From NCBI RefSeq assembly GCF_009914755.1, contig NC_060940.1: 64,000 bases of DNA; one strand, given 5' to 3'. Every line of letters begins with the position of its first letter. Position 1 is the first letter of the stretch. Below, piece after piece: positions 16,068 to 41,349 of the stretch. A program made the position numbers and the translations under genes. The notes beneath the pieces were generated by a model. That model was not told the DNA's origin. It saw nothing but the letters and a program-made list of their open reading frames with translations, and made no database searches. Origin of the DNA: the human T2T-CHM13v2.0 reference genome, Homo sapiens.

Positions 16068-18580
16068 TCCCGTTCCCAGACCAGTTGGTCGCCTCTGGCC
16101 TGGCAGGGCTCCCAGTGTCTCGGGACCTCCAGGTGACGCGCCTGCCTCCCCTGCTGCAACAGAGGCCTGGGAGTGCCGGGTCCCCATCGCTCGGAGCGGC
16201 AGGCGCTCGTGAAATGTTCGTCAAGAGGATAAATGACCATGGCCCTGGTCTCCGCGGGAGGTGAGGAAACTGAAAGCCACCGAGGAAAAGGGGGGCGCTC
16301 CTTAAGAAGTGCCGCGGTCACGTGTACGTTTCAAAAGAATGGCGTGACTGAGTAGGGAGGGGACCGCGGAGACCCTCAGACCCTGGACTGTAAGGAGATG
16401 AGGGGCCGTGAAGGGGAACCCAGGAAACTGAGTCCTGAAAGCAAGGAGGAGCTTCCAGAATGAAGGGCGCCGTCACGCCTCCCTGCCTTTGCTCAAGCGG
16501 TTCCTTCACCCCGATCAAGTTCCTTCCCATTTCTCCAACTGTGGGGATCCTGAACGTGCACCTCCTCAGAGAAGCCCTCTTGGGATCTCCAATTCTAGTT
16601 TATTGCCCCCTCCTATCGATCCCCCAGCGCGCTCATCGGGCCTGTGGACAACGACAGGTTTGAGGAGAGGATTCTCTGGATCGCGGAGGACTACAGAAGC
16701 CGCGCAGCCCCTTCTGAGGATGCCAAAGGGGCCCGGGCAGAAGGGAAGTGGCCGTGCCCGGGCCTGCCTACCACTAGATCCCCACCCACCTATGACTGTT
16801 CAGTCCTGCTCTCCTACCAACCCACCTTTCCCGGCCCAAGTCAGCGCACCCCGCCGACTCCCTGCCCAGTCCAAACTCCGAGGCTGGGCAAGGCACTGGA
16901 TCCACGGCTGGACCGACCCGGGGCAGCCTCTGGGTGAACAGCAGCGTGTCCGTCGGCAGAGAACCGAGACCAGCGAGCCGACCATGCGGCTGCACAGACT
17001 TCACGCGCGGCCGAGCGCGGTGGCCTGTGGGCTCCTGCTGCTTCTCCTCCAGGGTCACTATGAGGCTCCCGCGGAGGGGTGACAGGGACCGGGCTCAGAT
17101 CTGCCAAATGCTGCGGAGGCAGAACCTGACAGTGCGGGAGGGCAGGCGCCTGGGAGGTAGGAGCTGGTGGAGATGACAGCGTGGAACTCGTGAGCCCCAC
17201 GCAACGCCTCCCTGCCGCCCAGGGTGGGCTCCTAGAAGCACAGAAATGGTCGGGCTGCGGGACACCACAGCGAGGAACCAGCGGAGTACAGGGGCCCCAG
17301 GAGCGCCGGGACATGCCAGGCCGGGTAGACAGCCTCGGGTCGGAGTGAGTGAGGGATTGGGGTGTGGGGATTCAGTCCATTTCCCTCTTACGATTGTGGC
17401 TGTAGCCTGTGCTGCCGGCCGGTAATAACAGTAATAGCTTCTGGCAGCAGCTGGCTCTCAATGTGTGGCGTCCTTGGCCAAGGGGGCGCGCTGAGCCCTC
17501 CAAAGGGGCCTCAGACAAGGTTAGTGGTCCTTGGGGAACAGAAGCCCCCAGGCTCCAAATCCTAAAGCAGATCTAAGAGGCCGCAGTGGCTGGGTGCGAT
17601 TGGCTCACTCCTTTAATCCCAGCATTTTGGAAGGCCAAGGGGGAGAATCGCTTGATCCCAGGAGTTGGAGGCCAGCCTGGGCAACATAGACTCAGAGTGT
17701 ACAAAATAATTAAAAGAAATTAATGGGCTGTGGTGGCCTGTGACCTCTAGTCCCAGCTTCTTGGGAGGCTGAGGTGGGAGATCACTTTAGTAGGGGAGGT
17801 TGAGGCTGCAGTGAGCCTTCATCACACTATTGCACTCCAGCCTGGGTGAAAAAACAAAAATCTGTCTCCAGAAACAAGAGCCAAAGAGCTCGTGGTGTCC
17901 CTCACGCCATTTACCTCATCCTGGGCAAGGGCACAACTTGGCTTCCAGGGCAAAGGTGAAGGCTCTGTGTGCCTGCCAGGCTTCTCCAGGCCCTTTTCGA
18001 AGCTCCGGGAGTGTTTTGGCCTTTGGTCCTCTCACCTGAAACTCTCCTAAGTGTATGATCTGACTGCCTCTCCCGACCCTTTCCCAATTTAATCTGCCCA
18101 GGTGGAGTCCATATTCGCCCCATGGTGCACTCCTGCAGGGCTTCCTCCCATGCCTGCCCTTGATCACATTCTAGAATTCACCAGGAGCCCAGCAGGAAGA
18201 TCTGCCTGGCCTCACAGATGGCTACCTTTTGAAATATTTTGGGCCAGACACAGTGGCTCACACCTGTTATCCCAGCACTGTGTGAGGCAGAGATGGGAGG
18301 ATCACATGAGGCTAGGAGTTAGAGACCAGCTTGGGCAACAAGACTTGTCTCTACCAAAAAAAAAAAAAAAAAAAAAAAAAAGGACTCTCAGGCATGGTGG
18401 CACACAACTGTGTTCCCAAGTACTTGGGAAGTTGAGATGGGGGGATCTCAAGCCCAGGAGGTGGGGGCTGCAGTGAGCTGCAATCACACCACTGCACTCC
18501 AGCCTGGGCAACAGACGGAGTCCAATATTTAGATGTATATTATATTATATTATAAACATATGTGTGTCTGACAAATATAT
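16068..18580 (+). pseudogene. Partial duplicate of CES2 promoter, exon 1 and 5' intron 1 (copy of ~3021-5490); exon-1 donor destroyed
   Basis: Colinear with 3021-5490, including both intronic Alus. ATGs kept at 16792 and 16984. Donor GTGAG changed to ATGAG at 17060; in-frame TGA at 17080-17082. No copies of exons 2-12 follow. Confidence 0.9.
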
Positions 18581-21059
18581 TATATATTTTGGTAGAGACA
18601 GGCTTTCACCATGTTGGCTAGGCTGGTCTCGAACTCCTAACCTCAAGTGATCCACCCACCTCGGCCTCCCAAAGTGCTAGGATTACCAAAGTCACCCACT
18701 GCGACTGACCTGTTTTCTGACTTTTTATTATGAAACTGGGCTCAGATTTCCCAAATCCTACAGAAGCAGAACCTGAGGTTCCAAAAGGGAAAGTGCCAGG
18801 CAGGTGGGAGCTGGTGGGAATAAGAACAGCAGGTGAACCTCCCTGAGGCACAGAGAGGGTCAAGCCTGCTCAAGGGCTGCACAGCACCAAAGGATGAGCC
18901 AAGTCTGAGGTAGAAACAGTAGTATAAGAAATCCAACATACCCATTGTCCGTCTTCAGCAATAACAAAGATCTTGTTTTTGTTTCTGTTTTAAATCAGCT
19001 TTCTCAGGTTGAATATAACCTGGTGTTTTCCGGATGGCCACCTCTCTCTTGCATCATTATTTGAAACAAATCCCAGACATCATATCATCTGTAAAGTTTT
19101 CATCATGTCCTACTAAAGAAAAGGAACATATATATGTATGTGTGTATTTCCACAACATAATATGTTCTCAATTTAATCAAATATATGGTCGTGTTCTTTA
19201 GTATTTATAAATGATACTTGTATTAATACAAGTTTTTTTTTAAATCAGGATTCAAATAACGTTCATACTTTGCAAATAAGTAGATATTTCTTTTTTCTCT
19301 TTTTTTTTTTTTTTGAGATGGAGTCTCACTCTGTTGCCCAGGCTCACTGCAACCTCTGCCTCTTGGGTTCAAGGGATCCTCATGCCTCAGCTCCCAAGTA
19401 GCTAGAATTACAGGCACATGCCACCACGCCTGGCTAAGTTTTGTATTTTTAGTAGAGATAGGGTTTCACCATGTCAGCCAGGCTGGTTTCAAACTCCTGA
19501 CCTCAGGTGATCCACCCACCTTGACTTCTTAAAGTGCTTGGATTACAGGCGTGAGCCTCCATGCCCCACCAATTGTCTTGGCTTTATAGTTAGGAGTGGA
19601 ATTGCTGAGTCATATGGCAACTCCATGTTTAATCCCCTGAAAAACTGCCAGACTGTTTTCCAAAGCAGCTGCACCATTTTCCTTTCCCCTGGCAATGTAT
19701 GAAAGTTCCAAGTTTTCCATATCCTTACCAACACTTATTATTATCTGTCATTTTTATGTGTTTCTTGAATCTCTTTCAGTCTTCAGATTTACCATCTGCC
19801 TCTCTTTAATTTTCTTTCTAAATTTTGTTGCATGTGGAAGAAACCAGTTTATTTGTTCTGGAGAGGATCCCACCATTTAGGTTTTGCTGATTGCATCCGG
19901 GTGGTGTCTTTTAACAGTTCTTCTATCCCCTGTCTACTGTGTAAACTTGTATTTATATTCTAGAGGCATAATCAGATTTGGGTTTTAGGTTTTATTTTGT
20001 TTTGTTTTTTGGAGGACCACTTCACATGTGGTGCTGCATACTTCTGATAGAAAATATGTAACGTCTGATTATCTTGCTTGTTGGGATACCACAAAATGAG
20101 TGGTTGACATCACAGTGAGAATTCAATGTGCATTTCTCTTACTATGAATGACTTAAAGATCTCTTCGTTTATTTGAGAGACACTGATTTGTAGTGCTTAT
20201 TCTGAACACATTCTTATGCTACTTTTTCTGTTGTATACATGACATATTCTTTGTTTGTAGAAATTCTTTATCGATTAAGAGGACTGATTTTCTCTGTTAG
20301 GCAATTTTCCATCACTTCCTCCCTCCCTGATCCCCACAGCAGTCACACTATGTTTTTTCTGGAGACTGGGTCTTGCTTTGTTGCCTAGACTAGAGTGCAA
20401 AGGCGGGATCATAGCTCATGCAGCGTCGAATTCCTTCTGCCTTAGCCTCCTGAGTAGCTGAGTAGCTGGCCCAGAGTTTGAGACCAGCCTAGCCAACACG
20501 GTGAACCCCTGTCTCTACTAAAAATACAAAAATTAGCTAGGCTTGGTGGTGCACACCTATAATCCTACATATTCAGGAGGCTGAGACACAAGAATCACTT
20601 GAACTCAGGAAGCGGAGGTTGCAGTGAGCCAAGATCGCACTACTGCACTCCAGTCTGGGTGACAGAGCGAGGGTCTGTCTCAAAAAAAAAAATAAATAAA
20701 TACTACCGGTTTCGGCCAGGCACGGTGGCTCATGCCCATAATCCCCGCACTTTTGGATGCCGAGGTGGGCCTCCTGAACTTGAGCCCAGGACTTTGACGC
20801 TAGCCTAGGCAGCTTGGAGAAACGCCATCTCTACAAAAAAAAAATTCAAAAATTGGCTGGATGTGGTGGCACGCACCTGTAGTCTCAGTTACTCAGTAGG
20901 CTGAGGCGGGCAGATCACTTGAGCCTGGGAGGTCAGAGCTGCAGTGAGTCGTGATTGTGCCACTACACTCCAGCCTGGGCAATACAGCAAGACCCTGTCT
21001 CAAAAAAAAAAGTTTCCTATACTGATATAAAACTTAAAAAAAAATTTTACAGATTGATG

Positions 21060-21360
21060 TTATAAACTGGGTGCCTTCATGTGACAGAAATGTATTGCTT
21101 ACAGTTATAGAGGCTTAGAAGTCCAGGATCAAGGTGTCAGCAGATTTGCTGTCTGGCAAGGACTTGTTCTCTGGTTAATAGATGGCAGCCTCTCATTGTG
21201 TGCTCCCCTGGAGGAAAGGGAAAACAAGCTCCATCTGGCCTCTTTTGTAAGGACACTAATCCCCTTCACCTCCTGAAGTCCCCACCTCTTGACACCATCA
21301 CATTGGGGATTAGGTTTCACCATACAAATTTTTGAGGCAATACAAACATTTAAACCATAG
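21060..21360. mobile_element. MLT1-type MaLR LTR (truncated paralog at ~14530-14658)
   Basis: Typical MLT1 text: CAGAAATGTATTGCTTACAGTT...ATCAAGGTGTCAGCAG...ATAAGGACACTAATC-like...CAAACATTTAAACCATAGCA. Confidence 0.7.
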
Positions 21361-22557
21361 CACTTAGAGCTCCCAGATTTCAGCCACCAAGGTCACCAAC
21401 TACTGAAAATGTAAAAGTTCCTATACTCCCCTTTTGTCCCACTAAATGTCGTCTATCATTGACATTTAAAACAAGCCACCTTTACAGGCCAGGTGCGGTG
21501 GTTCATGCCTGTAATCCTAGCACTTTGGGAGGCCAAGCCAGGTGGATCACCTGAGGTCAGGATTTCGAGACCAGCCTGGCCAACAAGGTGAAACCCTGTC
21601 TTTACTAAACACAAAAATTAGCCAAGCGTGGTGGCACATCCCTGTAATCCCAGCTACTTGGGAGGCTGAGCCAGGAGAATTGCTTGAACCCTGGAGGCGG
21701 AGATCATAGTAAGCTGAGATTGTGCCACTATACTCCAGCCTGGGTGACAGAGCAAGACTCAATCTAAAAACAAAAACAAAAACAAACAAACAAAAACAAG
21801 CCACCTCCTCGCCTATCTGTGTCCTGCAGAGGTGACTCAACCCATTTTTGTAAGAAGCAAGACTGGGCTTGTCCACAGGCCCCTGAGCCTGGGCCTCCTG
21901 TACAGTTGCCAGGAAAGCCAAGCCGATTCCTCAGTGGCCGTCTCCTGAAGGTTGCTCTTCTTCTCAGTGGTTCTACAGACACTGTAAGGCCCCTACTCAC
22001 AGGATCGTAGCACACTCGCGAAGATGTTTACCTGTGGGGTGTGCCCCGGAAGTGGGATTGAGGGTCCAAAGGTCCAGGCATATCTAAGAAAAGAGATTCC
22101 TGTTCCCTGGCTCCCAGGAGCCTCTCCACCCAGGGAGATGTTCTCTGGCCTTTCAGAATTCCCTTGCCAACCTTTCAGCCCCCTGAGCATCCCCGAACTC
22201 ACCATGTGTGTCCATATGATTATTTTCCTACTTACCTCATTGTTGTCCCTAAACTTTTCTCCTTCCTGGCTTCGCAAAAATCCTCCTCATATTTTATCTC
22301 AGTGTGCAAAGGTGGCCAATTGTGTTCAATCGGCCTCTTGGTTTCACCAAAGTATATTCCCTCTGTCATTAAGAGGCTGTATTCTAGTCCCATAGACCCT
22401 AATAATCCCCTTATACCCCTACCTCTGACCAACTTGCCTCTCGGGGCACCGGATTTCCAGGGCGAAAGTCTCCCTTCTTTCCATCCACGGCCTTTAAGCC
22501 CAACTACAGCTTTTTGAAGTTTGGAGCGAAAGACCAGGACACCCACTTTGCCCATTT

Positions 22558-22576
22558 GGGCCACCAGGTGGCAGAC
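22558..22576 (+). promoter_or_regulatory. Consensus CTCF motif (copy B)
   Basis: GGGCCACCAGGTGGCAGAC, same core and orientation as in copy A. Confidence 0.7.
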
Positions 22577-23674
22577 AAGGATAATGTTAAACCTGGGCTG
22601 ACTTGAACTTGAGAGAGCAGGGAGACTTTCCTTTCAATAAACACTGGTGCATAATGTTTCCACTACATTCTGAAAGCATTTATTGAACACCGGCTGCATG
22701 CCTGTCTCTGTATGTTTTTCAGTTCTGCAGAGGTACAATATAGTTTCCCAATATACATTCCCAGGATTACTGTTTAGACTTAATAGTTATTTTTTAACAG
22801 CTTTATAGTGAAATAACTTACAATTAAATTTACCTCCCCCCACCCTTTTTTTTTTTTTTTTTCTGAGGCAAGGTCTCGTTCTGTCACCTAGGCTGGAATG
22901 CAGTGGCACAATCACAGCTCACTGCAGCGTCCACCTCCTGGGCTCAAGCCATCCCCCACCTCAGCCTCCCAAGTAGCCAGGACCACAGGCACATGCCACC
23001 ATGGCTGGAGAACTTAAATTTTTTTATTTTTTATTTTTGGTAGAGGCGAAGTCTCACTAGGTTACCCAGCTGGTCTCCAACTCCTAGGATCAAGTGATCT
23101 TTCCATCTAGGCCTCCCAAATTGGTAGGATTACAGGCAGATGTGAACCACTGTGCTTGGCCTAAACTCACCCATTTTCAGTGTGCAGTTTGATCACGTTG
23201 AGTAAATGTATAAGACATGCAAACACCACCACGTGGAGTTTTACAATATTTCTATCACTCCAAAATTCCCTCAAGCCCTTTTGCAGTCAATCGTCCTGAT
23301 CCATGCTCCTAAGCAACCATCGAGTTGCTTTCTGTTGCTATAGTTTGCATTTTCTAGAATATGAATGAAATAATACAAATTATAAATTAATATGATAGTA
23401 CTAATTATATAAATGAAATAACTTGCGATTGGCTTCTGTCAATTGTGTTTTTGAAATTCAACCAGTAGTTCTTTTCTTTTATCGTGGAGTGGTATTCCAT
23501 GTATAAATATACTCCCTTTCTTTTTCTTTAGAGACAGGATCTTGCTATGTTGCTCAGGCTGGTCTTGAACTCCTGGGCTTAAACAATCCTCCCGCCTCGG
23601 CCTCCCAAAGTGCCGGGATTATAGAAGTGAGCCGGTGTGCCTCGCCAATATACGCAACTTTATTAATTCATCAG

Positions 23675-24703
23675 TGTAGGGGTGGCCTGCCCCTCCACAC
23701 CTGTGGGTATATTTCATCAGGTGGGATGAGAGACTGAGAAAAGAAATAAGACACAGAGACAAAGTATAGAGAAAGAAAAGTGGGCCCAGGAGACTGGCGC
23801 TCAGCATATGGAGGACCTGCACCGGCACCGGTCTCTGAGTTCCCTCACTTTTTATTGATTATTATTTTCACCATCTCAGCAAGAGGAATGCGGCAGAAGA
23901 GCAGGGTGATAGTGGGGAGAAGGTCAGCAAGAAAACATGTGAGCAAAAGAATCTGTGTCATAATTAAGTTCGAGGGGAGGTAGTATGCCTGGATGTGCAC
24001 GTAGGCCAGATTTATGTTTCTCTCTGCCCAAACATCTCAGTGGAGTAAAACATAACAAAGCAGCATTGCTGCCAACATGTCTTGCCTCCCGCCACAGGGC
24101 GTTTTTTTTCCTATCTCAGAATTGAGCAAATGTACAATCGGGTTTTATACCGAGACATTCCGTTCCCAGGGGCAGGCAGGAGACAGAGGCCTTCCTCTTA
24201 TCTCAACTGCAAGAGGCCTTCCTCTTTTACTAATCCTCCTCAGCACAGACCCCTTATGGGTGTCGGGCTGGGGGACGGTCAGGACTTTCTCATCCCAAGA
24301 GGCCATATTTCAGACTATCACAGGCGGGGAGAAACCTTGGACAATACCCGGCTTTCCAAGGCAGAGGTCCCAGCAGCTTTTCGCAGTGCGTTGTGCCCCT
24401 GGTTTATTGAGACTAGAGAATGGTGATGACTTTTACCAAGCATACTGCTTGTAAACATTTTGTTAACAAGGCACGTCCTGCACAGCCCTAGATCCCTTAA
24501 ACCTTGATTCCATACAACACATGTTTTTGTGAGCTCAAGGTTGGGGCAAAGAGGTTGGGGCAAATTGGCTGGGGCAAAGTTACAGATTAACAGCATCTCA
24601 GGGCAAAGCAATTGTTCAGGGTACAGGTCAAAATGAAATTTCTTATATCTTCCCTTTCTACACAGACACAGTAACAGTCTGATCTCTCTTTCTTTTCCCT
24701 ACA
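23675..24703 (-). mobile_element. HERV-K (HML-2) solo LTR, LTR5A/B-like, 1029 bp
   Basis: Minus strand begins TGTAGGGAAAAGAAAGAGAGATCAGACTGTTACTGTG and ends ...CCCCTACA. 5-bp TSD ATCAG (23670-23674 / 24704-24708). Interrupts an old L1 fragment. Confidence 0.92.
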
Positions 24704-24890
24704 ATCAGTGGGTGCACATTTGAGTGACTTCCATTTTTGGGGTATTTTTATAAAGCTGCTGTGAACATTTTCAGACAAACCTTTCATTTCTTTGGGGTAG
24801 ATAGCTGAGATTGGACACTCACCATATAATGCCATTCTGGGTCATATGGCAAGGGTGTGTTTCACTTTTAAAGAAAACGCCCCCTATTTA

Positions 24891-25262
<372 letters not shown>

Positions 25263-25438
25263 TCACCTAGGCTGATTTTTTAAAAAAAATAAAATGCCAA
25301 ACTGTTTTCCAAAATGACTATATGATTTTTGCAACCCTACCAGCCATCTGTGAGGGTTCCAGATGCTTTCTATCTTCACTAAAACTTGGTCTTATGGGCC
25401 TTAAATCTGATTTTTTCAGGTTTTTGTTTTCGTTTTTA

Positions 25439-25642
<204 letters not shown>

Positions 25643-25645
25643 TCA

Positions 25646-25912
<267 letters not shown>

Positions 25913-26351
25913 TCATTATGTTGCCCAGGCTAATCTCAAAATCCTGGGCTCAAGCTATCCTCTTGTCTGAGCCTCCCAAATTGCTAGGATTACAGGTGTG
26001 AGCCATCACACCTGACCCTGATTTTTTTAAATGCATGTTTAGTGGCACCTCATTGCAATTGGTTCCTTGGACTTTTAGCCTCTGCTTTTGACTATCTCTC
26101 TCTCTGTGTCTCTATCTCTCTATATTTACTATATATGTAACATTTCCTCACACACAGAGAAATGTGCTCCCGAGATGACTCTTCTTTTCCTTTCACTTCT
26201 TTTTCTTGAGACAGAGTCTCCCTTTATTACCCAGGCTGCAGTGCAGTGGCACGATCATAGCTCACTGCAGCCTTGACTTCCTGGGCTCAGGCAATCCTCC
26301 CACCTCAGCCTCCTAAGTAGCTGCAACTAAAGGCGTGCAACACCAGCCTAG

Positions 26352-26552
<201 letters not shown>

Positions 26553-27239
26553 TAGCACAGTAAATGGTGGAATCCATGGGCATGTTCCCCCCAGTAGTCA
26601 TGGACAGCAGCCCAGGGATTTGGAAGAAGTTGACCTGTTAATGTAAAGGAGCTTTGTCACTGGACTCTGAGCTGGGAGGAGCTGGGGACCTCTTAGCACC
26701 CACAACCCAGGTATTAATTAGGACATGAGAATTAAGGGCAGAGTTAGCATCTACCAAGGCAGGAGGCTGGGAGGATGGCTGGGGCCACAGTGAGTTGGAT
26801 GGGAGACATTGAATCAACAACAGGCCATGCTGTTGGGTGGAGGTCGAGAGCAACTTCTGGTGGAGACTGGAAGGAGAGAAACTGGAGACAGCAAAGGTGG
26901 ATGACTAGCTTTCCTAGAAATAAGAACAGAAGGGCCAGGCATGGTGGCTCACGCCTGTAATCCTGGCACTTTGGGAGGTGGAGGGAGGAGGATTTCTTGA
27001 GCCCAGGAGTTCGAGACCAGCCTGGTCAACATAGGGAGATCCCATCTCTACAAAAAACATACAAAAAGTAAAAAAATAACCAGGCATGATGGCACACATG
27101 CACCTGTAGTCGCAGCTACTTGGGAGGCCAAGGTGGGAGGATCACTTAAACCCAGGAGATTGAGGCTGCAGTGAGCCAAGATCATGCCACTATACTCTAC
27201 CCTGGGTGACAGAGTGAGACCCTGTCTCCAAAAAAACAA

Positions 27240-27450
27240 AAAAGAAGAGGAAGAAAGAAAGAGAGGAAGGAAGGAAGGAAGTGGGGGGGAGGGAAAGAAA
27301 GCAAGAAAGAAAGAAAGAAGAAAGAGAAAGAAAAGAAAGAGAGACAAAGAAAAGAGAGGAAATAAAAAGAAAGAAAGAAAGAAAAGAAAGAAAAAGAAAG
27401 AGAGAAAGAAAGAAAGAGAAAGAAAGAGGAAGGAAGGAAGGAAGGGGAAA
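27240..27450 (+). repeat. GA-rich low-complexity tract (expanded Alu tail)
   Basis: (GAAA)n/(GGAA)n-like polypurine run. Confidence 0.9.
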
Positions 27451-28629
27451 AACAGAAGAATGGAGCAATAGCTAGAGGGCAAAGTGGGTCAAGGCAGGCT
27501 TTGATGGTGGCATTTACACAGAAGCTGTGTTTGCAGCTGATGGGAGGGATGCTGCTACCAAAGAGACAGCCCTGGGGACGTGGGAGGGGACCAGGGTCTA
27601 GTGTCCATGGGTAGGTCCCAGAGCTGGGACTAGAGCAAGACAAGCAAGTGTAAAATTTAGAAGGCATTCATTCTCAGGTGCCGACCCTCTACTGGTATGA
27701 CCCCGGGGGTGAGTGACTCTTTAACTTTTATGCCCTGGGCGCCTTGCTGGCCTGTCTCACCCTAGTCCTGGCCCTGGTAGGCCCATCCACAATGCTAGGA
27801 GGGAAGGCAGACCTAGCTGCAGGGAGTTGGGAAACGTGGCCTTGGGAGCAGATGGAGAGCTCTCCTGGCAGCATCTATACCCGAAGATGGAAGGTAAGAT
27901 TGTGGGCGGAGAAGAGATCCAGGTGCCTTGATGTGAGTGTTGAAGGTGGAAAGCATGCCAGAGCCAGGTGCTAAAATCTTCAGCAAATGATCAAGGGGGT
28001 GTGGCTGGGGGGTGGCAGGGCTGTGATGGCAACAAGAAGAGGAAGGTGGAATAGGGAAGGACAAAGTCTGGAGGCAGCTCTGAAAAGGAGACCCCACCCC
28101 AGGCTGCCGGGGAAGATTCAGGAAGCTGCAATGGTTTTTTATGAATTTTTTTTTAGAGAGAGAGTCTTGCTATGTTGCCCAAGCTGGCCTCAAGCTCCTG
28201 GGCTGAAGCAATCCTCCTGCCTCAGCCGCCTGAGTAGCTGGGACTACAGACTTGTGCCACAATGCCCAGCTGGCACTAGTTATTTTTGGCAGAAGGGAAG
28301 TTTCATCCTAAAGCCTGTCTCTTCAGCTCTGGGTGCCAGCTGGAGCCCCGGAAGAGGATCTGGCATCGTGTTTAGGCACAACCCTCACTCTGTCTTTCAC
28401 TGGGCCAGCAAATATCTATCCATCCTCCCACCGCCTACTCCCAGCCAGCCATGTTCCTGACACTGAGGCCCAGAAGTGAGTCCTGCCCTCCCTGGGGGTG
28501 GGAGCCTCCTAAGCCAGCAGAGAGACAGATGCCCTGCAGATCCCCGCCCCGGTCAAGAGCAGGCTTCCATCAGTTCTGGTTCCCAGACTCTCCTCTCCTC
28601 AGGCTTCCATGAGTTCTGGTTCCAAGCCC

Positions 28630-28820
28630 CTCCCCTCCTCTCCCCTCCCCTCCCTCCCTCCCTCCCTCTCTCTCTTTCTTTCTCTCTCTATTTTTCTTTT
28701 TTCTCTTTTTGTTTCTTTCTCTTTTTCTGTCTCTTTTTCTTTCTCTCTCTCCTTTCTCTCTCTCCTTCTTTCTCTCTCTCCTTTCTTTCTTCTCTCTCTC
28801 TCTTTCTCTCTTTCTTTGTC
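28630..28820 (+). repeat. CT-rich low-complexity tract (tail of antisense Alu)
   Basis: (CT)n/(CTTT)n polypyrimidine run. Confidence 0.9.
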
Positions 28821-28831
28821 TTGCTCTATAG

Positions 28832-29050
<219 letters not shown>

Positions 29051-29607
29051 TAAAGCACTGGGATTACAGGTATGAGCCACCACACCCAGTCCCAAGCCTC
29101 ATGTTTTCACACACACACTCACACACACATGCAAACATGTACCCTCACTTCAATGCTATGAGGTGGGTCCTATTATCATCACTGTTTTATTTTCTTTCAC
29201 ATTTTAACATGAGATTTGGAGGGGACAAAACATCCAAACCATATCAAGCCCTCACCTCAGGCTGGGTTGCCCACTCGGAGTGGCACCCCAGGGTCACTGG
29301 CCACCACTTCCTAGGGTCAGTGATGTGGTCACCTTGGGATGAACGCACAGGATTTCATGGAGATCACCAAGTCAGGAGAGCTGGAATTTGAAAACAGTGG
29401 GACGGGGAGGGCTGTCATATCAACCAGGCCTCTGCAGGGCACTCATCTAGCCCTGCCTCTGGCTCAGCCTGAGCATGGGGCTGGCCACCAGCTAGGTGGC
29501 GCTGTCCTTGGAGGTTCTATATCACAGCCCTTTAGAGATCGGTGGTGCTGAAGGGCAGGGATCTTATTCCACCTTCTGAAGCTTCTGTCGAACCAGTTGT
29601 AAGGAGA

Positions 29608-41349
<11,742 letters not shown>

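Larger units (their letters stand above)
20470..22935 (+). repeat. Low-copy duplication block, copy B (paralog of ~13930-16027)
   Basis: Colinear with copy A. Retains segments ~21194-21485 and ~22016-22090 that are missing from A. Confidence 0.9.

Noticed and set aside
27048-27667. Lys/Arg/Glu-rich and Phe/Leu/Ser-rich ORFs (also 28476-28860)
   Set aside because: Translations of GA/CT low-complexity tracts.
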